This document shows positions 25,466 through 38,102 of a stretch of DNA of 64,000 bases, piece after piece (position 1 is the stretch's first letter; each line of letters begins with the position of its first letter). Source of the DNA: Rhynchopus sp. YZ270_cl-10. Lineage: Eukaryota. The stretch lies in assembly GCA_964035575.1 (NCBI GenBank), contig OZ037837.1:1-64000 (forward strand), read 5' to 3'. Position numbers and translations under genes: made by a program. The notes beneath the pieces are model-generated. The model saw nothing but the letters and a program-made list of their open reading frames with translations. It made no database searches and had not been told where the DNA came from.

Positions 25466-26925
25466 GTCCATAAACCACCCCCCCCAAAAGGTAACCTGGG
25501 GTCCTTATTTTTATTTCATCTGGGTTCTACTGGGACTTTCTCCCCGATTTTTTTTTTAATGAACTCAGAGTTAAGTTTCTGGGTTCAATAAAAAAAACGA
25601 CGAGCAAAAATTCCAATTGGAAATATGATGGATACCCCCCGAGAGCAAAATAAACCAACGGTAAAAATTGGTACCCTTGGTTTCCTATAGGTTCCTATAG
25701 GAAACCTACATTTTCCCATAATTTCCCACACAACTTACTTGACAACAGGATGAAAACAAATACAAAAATGGCAAAAGTGAGTAAAACCGTGCAAGGGGCA
25801 CTGGACTTTGCTAGGGCTCTGGGGAAAACGCAGTTCTCAGGGGAGAAGACTCGCAAGGAGGTTCTTGCCTACGCGAAGGCACGCAGTTGTTACCGTAGGG
25901 GTTTCCGGGAAGACGTGTGGTTCAAAGCTTTATGGAAAGCGAGAGGAATATCCCTCATCCTTCACAGGAAGAACACCACCCGTGGGGGACGCGCGGTCCA
26001 ACTGTATTTCTGCAGTAACCTGGATGAGTGTGTGGGTGTGCCATCAGAAGGTACGGAGGAGGAGGAGGAGGATGAGGAGGAGGAGGAAGGTCTGCCTGAT
26101 ATTGTGCCAGGAAAGGAGCCGAAATGTCGTGATGTCGATTTGCTGAAGGAGTGGGTGTCCAAGCTTGAGAATATGGAAGCGAGGGTTCCGTTCACGACCC
26201 GGAACAAGAAATCCCCCAACACTGCACTCATAAAAACCTTTTTTGCACAAGCCTTCCGCGTGTTTGGAGGCACGGACAACGACGCCGCTGCCATTCTCCT
26301 TGCTGTAAGGGGTAAATACGCGTTGTTCACCCCTCCGTACCTTCTGATGGCACACCCACACACTCATCCAGGTTACTGCAGAAATACAGTTGGACCGCGC
26401 GTCCCCCACGGGTGGTGTTCTTCCTGTGAAGGATGAGGGATATTCCTCTCGCTTTCCATAAAGCTTTGAACCACACGTCTTCCCGGAAACCCCTACGGTA
26501 ACAACTGCGTGCCTTCGCGTAGGCAAGAACCTCCTTGCGAGTCTTCTCCCCTGAGAACTGCGTTTTCCCCAGAGCCCTAGCAAAGTCCAGTGCCCCTTGC
26601 ACGGTTTTACTCACTTTTGCCATTTTTGTATTTGTTTTCATCCTGTTGTCAAGTAAGTTGTGTGGGAAATTATGGGAAAATGTAGGTTTCCTATAGGAAC
26701 CTATAGGAAACCAAGGGTACCAATTTTTACCGTTGGTTTATTTTGCTCTCGGGGGGTATCCATCATATTTCCAATTGGAATTTTTGCTCGTCGTTTTTTT
26801 TATTGAACCCAGAAACTTAACTCTGAGTTCATTAAAAAAAAAATCGGGGAGAAAGTCCCAGTAGAACCCAGATGAAATAAAAATAAGGACCCCAGGTTAC
26901 CTTTTGGGGGGGGTGGTTTATGGAC
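25466..26925. repeat. 594-bp inverted duplication (25466-26059 / 26332-26925) with a 272-bp spacer
   Basis: The arms are reverse complements. The identical N-terminal ORF starts at 25750(+) and 26641(-). Confidence 0.95.
25750..26331 (+). pseudogene. Unknown protein N-terminus (basic region, acidic run), truncated by the foldback
   Basis: ATG-initiated ORF with plausible composition. After 26331 it reads into the inverted arm. No family recognised. Confidence 0.4.
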
Positions 26926-28383
26926 CGTGCCATATGTTCGAAATTCTCCAGTACGATCTCTCTTGGTAGGATTAGTACTGTACATCATATTATATTCATT
27001 CACATCGGGGCGGAAAGGGTCTCTAATCATTGTATAACTTCAGGGACGTACTCTTTCTGCTGTAGCATTGTGTTCCCCATGACAACTAGACGAGTACTGG
27101 TCCGGAACCTTTGTGTAGTTTTGACGCATTAGATCCCGTGTTCACCTCCACATACCTTCGTGTCCCGAGGACACCCATCCCAGCACTTTTTACCTTACCA
27201 TTAAAACGTCAAAATCCAGAACTTTTCTTAAATTTCACTCCTACGCTCGCCAGTATTTGGAGCACTTCTCGTGTTACTCTCAGCGTATTTTATGGTTCTC
27301 TGCACCATGTGTTCATTATCTTTCCATTGCGACCAGTCTCGGCATGATGAGTACCTCACATATTTATTCATTCACACCTGAGCGTAAAAAGTCGAAAATT
27401 TTTGGTTTTTGTGGCAAACGCCAGCTGGTCTGAAGAGTGATCTGACCATATCCCCCAGGTATAACTTGTACTCAAAAAATGAATTGGCGAAGGAATCTTG
27501 CACTTTTGACCATCACACATTACATGTGTTTTTAAGGCAAAAATGACCGAAAAAGTTGATTTTTGGCCGAATGCCAAGTGTCATTAACATTCGGATTTTT
27601 TGATTAGGACTGTCTTAAAGTAGTTTTTCAGGCCTCAATATCTCCATATAACACGACTATAAAATGTACATTTTTTCTGATGTGCAACTATTTTTTGTGT
27701 TTTTTGGTGTTTTCCGGTCTATGGTGGTGAGGGTGGGTGTGTGTGGGTGTGTGTGTGTGTGGGTGTGTGTGGGTGTGGGTGGGTGGCGCACACCTCTAAA
27801 GTAAAAACTAAAAAACTAAGGTTTTTTAGAATATTCGGCGACCCCCTGTTTTACGTTTTGTGTTTTGTTAATGCACAATTCAAATAACACTCCTTGTGGG
27901 GTACTTCTTTGTTGCCTTTTGGAAGGAATTTATTTTCCATCCCATGGTATTGTATTGCGCTTCCTGACTTTGCCTCAACTCCACAAAAATATTAGGCAAA
28001 AATCCGGTGGTGGACTGCCAAAGAGAAGGGCTTGAAATACAACAAGAACAATGAAACAATGAATGAAATACAACAAGAATTTAAGTTGGCCCGGGAGTTA
28101 TTTTATGGGGGAAAATGTAATTGAAAACCCGCAAAACCCGTATTTTGTGCCAACAATAAATCCCCGATGGGTTATTTCGAAAAAATTAATTTGATATACT
28201 GGGTGATCTATGAACGGGGGAGATATTTTTTCACCAGCTCTCAGTAGCGCCTCGCAGGCTCTCACAGCTCACAGACTCTGAGAGCTTGCTTAGAGCCAGT
28301 GAAAAAATCTCTCCCCGTTCAAATGGATCACACACCCAGAAAAAAAGTGAAAACCAGAGTCAACAGAGAAAAAAGTGAAGTTA

Positions 28384-29472
28384 CCGTAATCGTAAAAATT
28401 GTGGACCGTAAAATTTTTGGACCGTATAATACTTGGACCGTAAAAATTCTGGAACTTTTTCGGTTTTTTGGCAAACTGGAACATTTTTACGGTCCAGATA
28501 TATTACGATCCAGATGTGGTTTTGGCCTGCCGAGTACTTAGCGGTTTTTGGTTTCATCGGGGGGAAAAAAAATCCACCCGCTCGGATGGGCGGGTGGAAA
28601 ACAGGGTTTCCGCCAGGGGTACCGGGGTGTACTTTGGTACACCCCAATATTTTTCCCGGAAAAATTTGGATTTTTACAGGCATTCGGGGTGTACCAAAGT
28701 ACACCCCGAGAAAAATGGGGTTTTAGAGGTTGCGAGCCTGTGGTCATGTGACCCCACCGTGCAGAGCGTTTGGCTCGCTGTGTCAAAAGAAGTGGAAGAA
28801 AAGGGGGGGGAAATCTAGAAAAAAAAGAGAAAAAAAGTAGCGTACCGTGCGCCTGCGGCGCTGTGTTGCTGGTTATTTGATGTTGCTATATTCTAAACTA
28901 AAGGAGGCTTCGGTGCAAGCGACGAGTGCATTCACTTTCTATTACATGTTCCAACGGCAGCACTGTAATCACTGTGTAGCGCCATGCAATGAAAAAAGCA
29001 AATACCATCACCTTCTCACAAGACACCTTACCTTGTTAAGCTTCCACCCCCGACCTCCAAACGAACCACCTCTACCAAAGACCGCCCTTCTGCAGCCCAG
29101 TGGAAGTGACACCTCAACCGGTAGTGAGCGTATCTCGCGCCTCCCCTAGTATATAACTAGTAGCACCCCCCCCGCACGCTTCGCCTCTCTACCTGTGTCT
29201 GCCAGGGAGGCGCGCGCGAAGCGCGCGACGACCGCTTTTTCGGGGAGAAAAAAAATTTTTTTGGGGGTCGTTTTCATGGTACACCCCAATTTCTGAAACC
29301 CCAAATCCTGGCGGAAACCCTGTGAAAAGGGGAAAAAAAAAACCAAAAAACCAAAAACTGCTAACACAAAAAAACCCCCCAAAAAAATGTTGGACCGTAA
29401 AAATTCTGGAACTTTTTGGGGTTTTTTGGCAAACTGGAACATTTTTACGGTCCACAATTTTTACGATTACGG
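28384..29472. mobile_element. Non-autonomous TIR element with TA target duplication (Tc1/mariner/pogo-like MITE)
   Basis: TA|CCGTAATCGTAAAAATTGTGGACCGTAAAAAT ... ATTTTTACGGTCCACAATTTTTACGATTACGG|TA. Internal GGACCGTAAAAAT subrepeats. Confidence 0.85.
28602..29322. mobile_element. MITE with CAGGGTTTCCGCCAGG TIRs, nested in the TA-MITE
   Basis: 16-bp TIR at both ends. Homologous copy at 33461-34157. TSD not clean. Confidence 0.85.
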
Positions 29473-30581
29473 TATTAATGCAGGCACCTCCGGCTGACCC
29501 ACGTACGATGCCAGCCATCCGGATGAAAGCACAAAGTACTCTCCGGCCAACAACAGAAGATGTAAAAAGGAAACCTAATGACTGGCCCGTACCGTAAGAG
29601 AACGACGGAGGGCACAACTTCCGTTGAAGAGTTGTGAGCTTACAGGTACTGCAGTTCGCTGCACCCAACTCTTGGTGCACGATAGTCTACACAAGAGAGC
29701 AGAAACCCAAAAACACAAAAAGGGATGGGCGGGGGGGTCACATCTCTCTCTTGGCGCCACATGCTGTACCGACAGTTGGGCCTCACCCTCTCTGAGGGAA
29801 TAACATGGACGTCCTTACAGGCAGCACACCGTAACCCAAAGGCGTGGCAGAGAGACTCCGCAGAGCGACTCTGGCCTGACCGCTGGCCATTTATGCTCCG
29901 GGTGCGAGCACCCATCATAGCATTGGGGGGCAAGACTGACCCAGCACTTATATACCCTGCCAGGGTGAACTTACATAAAAAAAAGAGGGCAGGGGCGTTT
30001 AGACCCTGAGGACTAGGGGAAGTCCCGCATACCCCAACAGAAAGACAAAGGCTATGCATGATGATAAAGGAGAGGCAGGGTTGCTGAAAAACAAAAAGAC
30101 CCTGAAGGCACAAAAACGCCCCGCATACCCCTCCTCGCCTCCTGTTTTGTAATCTCTCAAGTAGGAGACATCGGTCCGAGCGGTCAACACCTTCATAGAG
30201 TTTCTGGAGGAACGAACCCCCGGAAACAGGATGCAATGTAAGATCCAGCCCAGGACCAGTTAAAAAATATCTCCCAGTTCAAATGGATCCCACCCAGAAA
30301 AAAAGGTCAAAACCAGAGTCAACAGAGAAATAAAAAAACAAAAGAGGATAAACGACTCCGGAAGTCAACTCCAGGGCCACTACACCACGTTTTGAAATAC
30401 TACACTTCCACTTTTCTTTGAAAACTGATATGCTTACAAACAAGAGCCAAATAGACAAGGAAAGAAAGTGAAAAAAAGTCCTGAAGTACAGAAGGTGATG
30501 TGAGAAGGGAGGAGCACAAATGAGGGTGAAAACAGTTAGAGCGACCGTAGCATCTCCCCTGTCAACTTCGGCACCGCTTAG

Positions 30582-33136
30582 TCACCTTGACCTCTCAAAG
30601 GCAGGCTCGGTGGGCTTCTGAGAGAAAAGTTGTGGTCGACAGTGAGTGGAAGTGTGGTGTGGGGGTGACATACTGTGTCCTCAGCCTTCGAGCCCTTGCA
30701 CAAAAAGAACGCAACCACAGCAATGATGATCACCACAAACGCACTGCACCCGAGAACAATGCCAACAATCGCACCAGTGCTGAGAGTGTCATCAGAGTCG
30801 TTGTTCTCCACACACGACCCAGACGAGAGCAGGTAACCAGACTCGCACGCAAGCACAACACAGCCTCCGTTGACAAGCACCATCTCGGTAGCCCCTGCAG
30901 CACTGCACTTCAGAGTCGGCACCACAGAGCTTCCGACAGTCATTGGTGTTGCAAACCCAGCAGCCACTGCAGCCTCGTTCTTCTTCAGAGATGCCACAAT
31001 CAGCTCAGACATGTCCTCCGTGGCCACAGTCGTGATGTCTGCATCCTCCACATCAACAACGAAGATCGTCGACCCACACAACACAACCAAGGTGTCCGTT
31101 CTGCCCTTTGTCGTCTCCTCAATGGCTGTCCGCACTGCACCCTCAATTGCACCGTTCGACTGCTCGCAGTCCACGTTCCACTCCAGACGCAGCTTCACCT
31201 TCCCCCTCTTAGTCGGCTGCACACAGATGAAGAGGGTTTCCTTCGTCATTTTCGTCACAGGGTTCACAAACCCCGCCGACTCCGAGCACACACATTTGCT
31301 CTCAACACACGTCGCTGCGGAATCGTCGTAAGTCCTGCAGTCTGCGTCAACATCACACCAGTCAACATCCTCCACAGTCAGCGGGGCATTCGTGGTCGGC
31401 ACACTCGACTCAGATGTCTCTGGTGCTTGAGTGGTCACATTTGGCTCAGATGTCTCTGGTGCTTGAGTGGTCACATTTGGCTCAGATGTCTCTGGTGCTT
31501 GAGTGGTCGCATCCACACACACGTAGTTGAACGCAAGTCTTGACCACCCGTTGCGGGAACTGCTTCTGAACTGCACAAATGCAGAACCGTTCAGCACAAC
31601 ATCCATGGGACCGTCGTAATTGTTGAACCTCTTCTCCAAGGTGAAGTCTGTTCCATTGCCAGAATCGTTCCCTGTGTACAGGTCCAGGTAGGTAGAGTAT
31701 AACAGCTGCAGGGTGGAGAACGAGATGACAACATCCTTGCACTCAATGTGCCAGCACTCCGTGTGGTAGCTGTCGTTGTTCTGAAAGCTCACGTTCCCAG
31801 TCGCATTGTCCCCCAGGTCGTGGTGCTCCTCACAGACGTAGTTCACACCAGGTGCACGTGTGTCCGGCACAGCTGTGGGTGGTGCTTGAGTGGGCATCAG
31901 ATCCTTACACACGTAGTTGAACGCAAGTCTTGACAATCCGCTGCGGTAAGTGCTTCTGTACTGCACAAATGCAGAACCGTTCAGCACAACATCCATGGGA
32001 CCGTCGTAATTGTTGAACCTCTTCTCCAAGGTGAAGTCTGTTCCATTGCCAGAATCGTTCCCTGATGTGTACAGGTCCAGGTCGGAGTAGGAGTACAGCT
32101 GCAGGGTGGAGAACGAGATGACAACATCCTTGTCACACTCAATGTGCCAGCACTCCGTGTGGTACCTGTCGTCGTTCTGAAAGCTCACGTACCCAGTCGC
32201 ATTGTCCCCCAGGTCGTGGTGCTCCTCACAGACGTAGTTCACACCAGGTGCACGTGTGTCCGGCACATCTGTGGGTGGTGCTTGAGTGGGCACAGCTGTG
32301 GGTGGTGCTGGAGTGGTCGCATCCACACACACGTAGCTGAACGCAAGTCTTGACCACCCGCTGTAGTGGTAAGTGCTTCTGAAATGCACAAAGGCAGAAC
32401 CGTTCAGCACAACATCCATGGGACTGTCGTAATTGTTGAACCTCTTCTCCAAGGTGAAGTCTGTTCCATTGCCAGAATCGTTCCCTGTGTACAGGTCCAG
32501 GTAGTTAGAGTAGGACAGCTCCAGGGTGGAGAACGAGATGACAACATCCTTGTCACACTCAATGTGCCAGCACTCCGTGTGGTAGCTATCGTAGTTCTGA
32601 AAGCTCACGTTCCCAGTCACATTGTCCCCCAGGTCGTGGTGCTCCTCACAGACGTAGTTCACACCAGGTGCACGTGTGTTGGGCACATTTGTGGGTGGTG
32701 CTGGAGTGGTAGCATCCACACACACGTAGCTGAACGCAAGTCTTGACCGCCCGTTGTAGTACCAATAGTTTCTGAACTGCACAAATGCAGAACCGTTCAG
32801 CACAACATCCGTAGGACTGTCGTAATTGTCGAACCTCTTCTCCAAGGTGAAGTCTGTTCCGTTTCCAGAATCCGTCCCTGTGTACAGGTACAGGTAGGAA
32901 GAGAAGTGCAGCTGCAGGGTGGAGAACGAGATGACAACATCCTTGTCACACTCAATGTGCCAGCACTCCGAGTGCAAGCCGTTGGAGTTCTGAAAGCTCA
33001 CGTGACCACTCCCACTGTGCCCCAAGTCGTTGTGCTCCTTACAGACGTAGTTCACACCAGGTGCACTTGTAGCAGGAACATAGGTGTATGCCTCCGCGTT
33101 CACACACAGGAGCGCTGCCAAGCATGCGCGCAGCAT
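30582..33136 (-). CDS. Type I membrane protein: signal peptide, four tandem CUB-like domains with Thr/Pro linkers, EGF-like module, TM helix. Intron 30618-30673
   Basis: MLRACLAALL signal. 4x C...ECWHIEC..VVISFSTL.L...LYT...F.YVC. CDVDADC...CVESKCVC. TM GAIVGIVLG...FFLC. A GT..CAG 56-nt CA-rich intron gives the C-terminus KPTEPAFERSR*. Confidence 0.85.
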
Positions 33137-33460
33137 TGTCTTTTGTTGTGTCCACAGAGTATCTGTTGTTGTGTTGTTGTGTTGTGGGGTTTATTGGAGC
33201 GTTTTACGGTCTGCGGGATGACACCCGATGACGGCCGATGACATGACGGTTTTTTTATTTTTTCCCCCTTGGTACCAGGGCGCGCGCTAAATCCACACCC
33301 TCACACCCGGTTTTTTCGAGGTTTTTTCGCAGTACAAAAATTTTTTGATTAAAGGGGCCCCCCGAATAAGTTTACTCTTATGCGGGTTTGTGTCTTTCCG
33401 AATATATGAGGGGAGATGCCCCGCCAACGCGGGGGAGAAAGCTCGGAATGGGTTTTTTTT

Positions 33461-34157
33461 CAGGGTTTCCGCCAAGGGGACCGGGGGGGGACCATGGACC
33501 CCCCCCAATATTTTTCCCAGAAAAATCCGGATTTTTACAGGGGTTTGGGGGGGACCATGGTCCCCCAAGAAAAATGGGCTTTTGGAGATTGTAGATGACC
33601 CCCTGTGGTCATGCGACCCCGCTGTGCAGAGCATTTGGCTCGCTGTGCCAGAAGAAGTGGAAGAAAAAGGGGGTGGTGCAATCTTTTTTAAAAAGGGTAA
33701 AGGTAGCGTACCGTGCGCCTGCGGCGCTGTGTTGCTAGCTATGTGATATTGATATACTTCCATCGATACTTCCGTGCATTGCCCCTTTTTCTAAGGAGGC
33801 TTCGGTGCAAGCGACGGGTAGTTATTACATGTTCCCACTGCAGCACTGTAATGACTGTAACACCATACAATAGAAAAAGCAAACACCATCACCCTCCACT
33901 CTCACAAGACCCCTTACCTTGTTAACTTCCACCCCCGACCTCCAAACGAACCACCTCTACCAGACAACACAGCTGTGAAGCTTGACATGGCTGCTATCAA
34001 ACCTGGTGCACCCTTCGCCTCTCCTACACTCTGTGGCCTGCAGGGAGGCGCGCGCGAAGCGCGCGACGACCGCTTTTGCGGGGAGAAAAAACTTTTGGGG
34101 GGTCTTTTTGATGGTCCCCCCCAATTCCTGAAACCCCAAATCCTGGCGGAAACCCTG
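33461..34157. mobile_element. Second, diverged copy of the CAGGGTTTCCGCCA-TIR MITE
   Basis: TIRs plus colinear homology with 28602-29322. Confidence 0.85.
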
Positions 34158-34248
34158 TTTTTCTGAAAAAAAAAATTTTTCCCGGAGAAAAATTCTGGAT
34201 CAAGTTTTTGAAAATTTTCCAAAAAAATCCCGATTTAGGATATGGCCT

Positions 34249-34433
34249 GCCTCAATACCTCCAAACTAGCCGATTTTCTGGTCAGATATTTTTTTGGAGC
34301 ACCACATAATTTTTTAAAATTTTCGATTTTTTGGTCAAATCCTGGCCCTGGTGAGGGGGTGTGTGTGGGTGTGGATGTGGGTGGGTGGCATACGCTCTAT
34401 AGTAAAAACTAAAAAACTAAAGTTTTTTAGAAT
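34249..34433. repeat. Diverged dispersed terminus of the 530-bp-unit family
   Basis: GCCTCAATACCTCCAAAC, GT tract, and AGTAAAAACTAAAAAACTAAAGTTTTTTAGAAT. Confidence 0.8.
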
Positions 34434-34882
34434 TGATGGGTGTGATAAGACCAATATGGGTGCTCTCATTCAGAGGCATGTACGACTTTTGCGGTTTACG
34501 AGCCGCAAGTGGGAACACTTGAAGCGGAGATCTGAAATCTGCAATCGCACCTGCAGAAGCAGGTACCCGTCAACATCCGGCCCCCTTATTTGTCAAGTGC
34601 AAAAATAATGCACTCTTTTCTGGGACAAACCATGAAGTCGGCTGCTTGAACTGTGATGTACAAATCGCCGTATGTTAATAGCTTCTGTGTGCACACCGCA
34701 TTTGTGCATACTATATTAAACATGCATGCAGTAAACCCGCAAACTTACAAAGAAGCGATGATATTCCGCAAACCCGAAATTTCCATCATGCGTGCACAAG
34801 AGAGGCACCATAAGCAAAGGGAGTGTGTAGCTAGACTGGGAGATAGAGGGACGCAGTACTGGGAAGCTGACCGTTTTGATCA

Positions 34883-37685
34883 TCAAAAAAGCTCCAAAAA
34901 ACTTGAAACGGGGTGCAGCTTTTCAAGTGTGTACTCCTTCTCGCACACCTCCCTCGCTGCAGTGCAGTGCCTTTCGACCTCTGCTCTGTCAGCGTCGCCA
35001 AGCTTCTTCGCCGTAGCAGCCGCGTCGTCCCACTGTGCTGCGAAGACGTGCGCCATCGCAGTGTTGTGGTCTTTGTAAGGGTCCATCAACACTGAGTTCT
35101 CCAGCTGGTACATCCACTCCTGGTTCTCGGCCCTCATCTCCTCACGCAGCTCGCTCAGGACTAAATGCTTGCGGAACTTTGGGTACGACACACTGGCGAC
35201 AGTTTTGGAGTAAAAGGCATTCGCAACAGACGAGTGCGTGACGTTGTCGTGCAGGATCGTTGTGCCGTACGTTTTGTTGAGTCTCTCGAGTGCGTGCAGC
35301 CACGGCACACACCCGCCAAGGAAGGTGTACTTCTTCATGCCTTGGCAGCCCATGTTCCCGCACCGCACCTCTGCACAGACGAAGGCCATCGAGAGTGTCC
35401 ACTTCTGAGCCTGCAGTGTCTTGTCAGTGTGCACCTTGTGCGAGAACTTCGCTGCCTGCAGCTTCGGCGAGGTGCAGTGGCGTGCACCGTTCCAGTGCGT
35501 CATGACACGGTCGCCTGAGAAGCCGTCGTTCACACCGCTGAACTCGTGTGTGATGCACAGCACCGTGCTCAGGTACTCCGTGTGGTGTGCTTGCATCTCG
35601 CGACTTGGCAACTCACGTGAGGCTTCAGAGAAGCTGCGCACGTTCACCACAGAAAAGGCCACCTTTTTGAGGTCAAGCCTCTGTGTGGTGAGGAACTGGT
35701 GCTGTGCAGCGGGTGTGGTTACGGTGGTTACAGACTCGTTACTCATGCGGCTGAACGTGATGTCTGAGATACACTTCGACACGTTGTCACCGTCGTTGTC
35801 GTTGTCGTTTGTGCCACTCTCCGTCATGTCCTCAACCAGCACAGAGGCAGGCATGTAGTTGCGGTACTCCTTCAGGTTGCGAAGCATCTGCAGGAACGAC
35901 GTCTGCATGTGTCCCACCTCCTCGATGTTGCTGATGGCACGTGTCTCGTCCACCTGCGACAGGTTCATCACAGCCACACGCGCCATCTCCTCCTGCAGCC
36001 GTACCAAAGGTGCGACAATGCGGATGACCAGCATCAGTGCCAGCAGCATCAGCAGCACACTTGCAACCACAACAGTCACAACAAGGATGATGCGTGAGCG
36101 CACAAGGTCCTCGTCCACGCTGTCAACCTCGTCACGGATGCGTTCCTGTGCAGCAAGTGTGCTCCGGTCAATGTCGCCAAGCATGTACTCTCGGTCCAGG
36201 GTGATCACCAGCCACCAGTCTACACCAAAGCCGTCGTTCAGCCTTTGTGCACTGTGTGATTTGGGAAAGGGTTATTCCAGTGGACACTGACAAAAGGAGA
36301 ATATACGTCATGTTGACGATATGGGTGGAGTGGCCTACATACCGCAAGAAGAACTGCTCCTCAGTCCCGTTGACGGAGATCATGTACGCATGAATGCTTT
36401 TGTTGGCCATAGCATCGTAGCGCCCGTCAATGGCGTCAATGTGTCGGGCCGTGGACCGGATGATGTCGTCCGTTGCGTTCACAGCATGTAGGGTTTTGGC
36501 GATAGTCGTCTCCCTTGAATAGAAGGTAGCTCTGAAGTGGTGTGGAGTGTGGAGAATTGAAGCGAGAAAAGAAGCGGAAAAATCAATTGCAAGCATAACG
36601 CAAGCAAAATACAAAAGAATAGAAAACATCAACACATACTCTCCGTGAGAAACTGCCGTCAGGAAGTGCTTCTGGTCGAACGGCGGCATGCCTGTCGCAT
36701 CGTACATCCAGTTCCTATGGGCACACGTGTACAGCCTTCCCTTCGACGTGGGCCCTCCCTTCCCAAGCTTTATCAAAGCCAGCTGACGCGTGATGGCACG
36801 CACGTCGATACCATAGGAGACGAGACCCAGCTGCACACCGTTTACTGTCTCGTGCGACCATGTGCCAAACATGAACAGGACGACGTATTGCGGTACCTCG
36901 AAGAGATGCGACCACCGTACCCCAGCCTCGCCACGCACCCGCGAGAACGCAGAGAGCGTGTAGATGCCTTTGCGTTGGTCCCATCCCCACATATTGCAGC
37001 GCGGCACAGGCTGCGAACCGTTCGTCTCGAAGGCAGTGGAGTCGTGTGTGCACCCCGTCTGCTGTCCATCAGTGGACCTGTACGTTGTGTTTTCCGGTGC
37101 ACCGTACTCGCCTGTGTTGCGGTCGACAGTGCCGACAATGGTACGCAGCTCAGTGGGCACACCTGCCTCAGCATCGTAGTCGCTGCCGTTGTTGCTCCCC
37201 ATGAAGTAGTGGTGGTAGCCATCTGCAGGGTTCGAGATCGTGCGTGAGTCCTCATAAAGCATCAACGCCTGACCTTTGCGCCCGACCACGGAAATGCCTG
37301 TCATCCCAACTTTGTTTAACAGACGGAACCCGTTCACCAGTGAGGATCGCTTGTTGCGCATGAAGTCCCACGACTCAGACACCGCTGGTGGGTATGCTCC
37401 CATCTCAGCAACAACCTTCTGCGTCATGGTGCGGTGCATCTCAAGGAAGTTGACAATGATCTGCGACGCTCCCTCCTGCACAGACGTCAGGTAGTCCTCC
37501 AGTGCTGCCCGCAGGGACGCATCCCCAGTGCCAAAGCATTCGTCAGCAGTGTTCTCAACAAGCGTGTTTGTGTCGGACAGTGCAGCGTCGGCACTCGTGA
37601 TGCTCATCACCATGCACACCACGGCTGTGATCACAATGCAGACCAGCGCAAGCAGGATGTTCAGGTTCCGCAACGACACTTTCAT
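34883..37685 (-). CDS. Receptor-type class III nucleotidyl cyclase-like protein (TM, extracellular sensor, TM, HAMP, degenerate cyclase). Introns 36532-36639 and 36252-36342
   Basis: GT-AG splicing joins the 514-aa and 441-aa ORFs in frame (..FFLR|AQRLNDGFGVDWWLVITLD..). HAMP-like PLVRLQEEM..EEVGHMQTSF. Cyclase-like VNVRSF, FSGD, GNMG motifs. Confidence 0.85.
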
Positions 37686-38102
37686 CTTCGCTAATGTCCA
37701 CACAATGTACACACCTGCAGGGGGTGGTGAGTAAGGGATACGTGGGCCAGGAGGATGAAGGCAAACAACATGACTGAAAAGTGCTCAAAGTGGTGAGGTG
37801 TGCACTGATGATTCTACTGTGCTACGAATGTTCTTGGGTGCGCACGTCTGAGTGCAGAATTTCTCTTGTCGAAACGCTGAAAGCGTATTCCAACAAAGCC
37901 AAACAAAAATATGTGAAAACAAAATGCTAACACGAAAAAAAGAGGGAGGAAAAGACACGAAACAAAACAAAACAAAACAACTGTACAAAAAACACCCTCG
38001 CATCAGGTGTAAAGGAACCTGTGGCAACTGCTATGTGAACCGAAGCACACACACATTATGAGCAGTGTTCCACATGGCATTGCCCACAACTAATTTTTCC
38101 CC

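Larger units (their letters stand above)
23935..27832. mobile_element. ~3.9-kb longer relative of the 530-bp unit (left boundary tentative)
   Basis: 24279-24317 matches unit 2485-2523. 27405-27832 is a diverged copy of unit 2514-2920 with the same hairpin terminus. The start shares AATCTGAC with the array junction. Confidence 0.6.
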
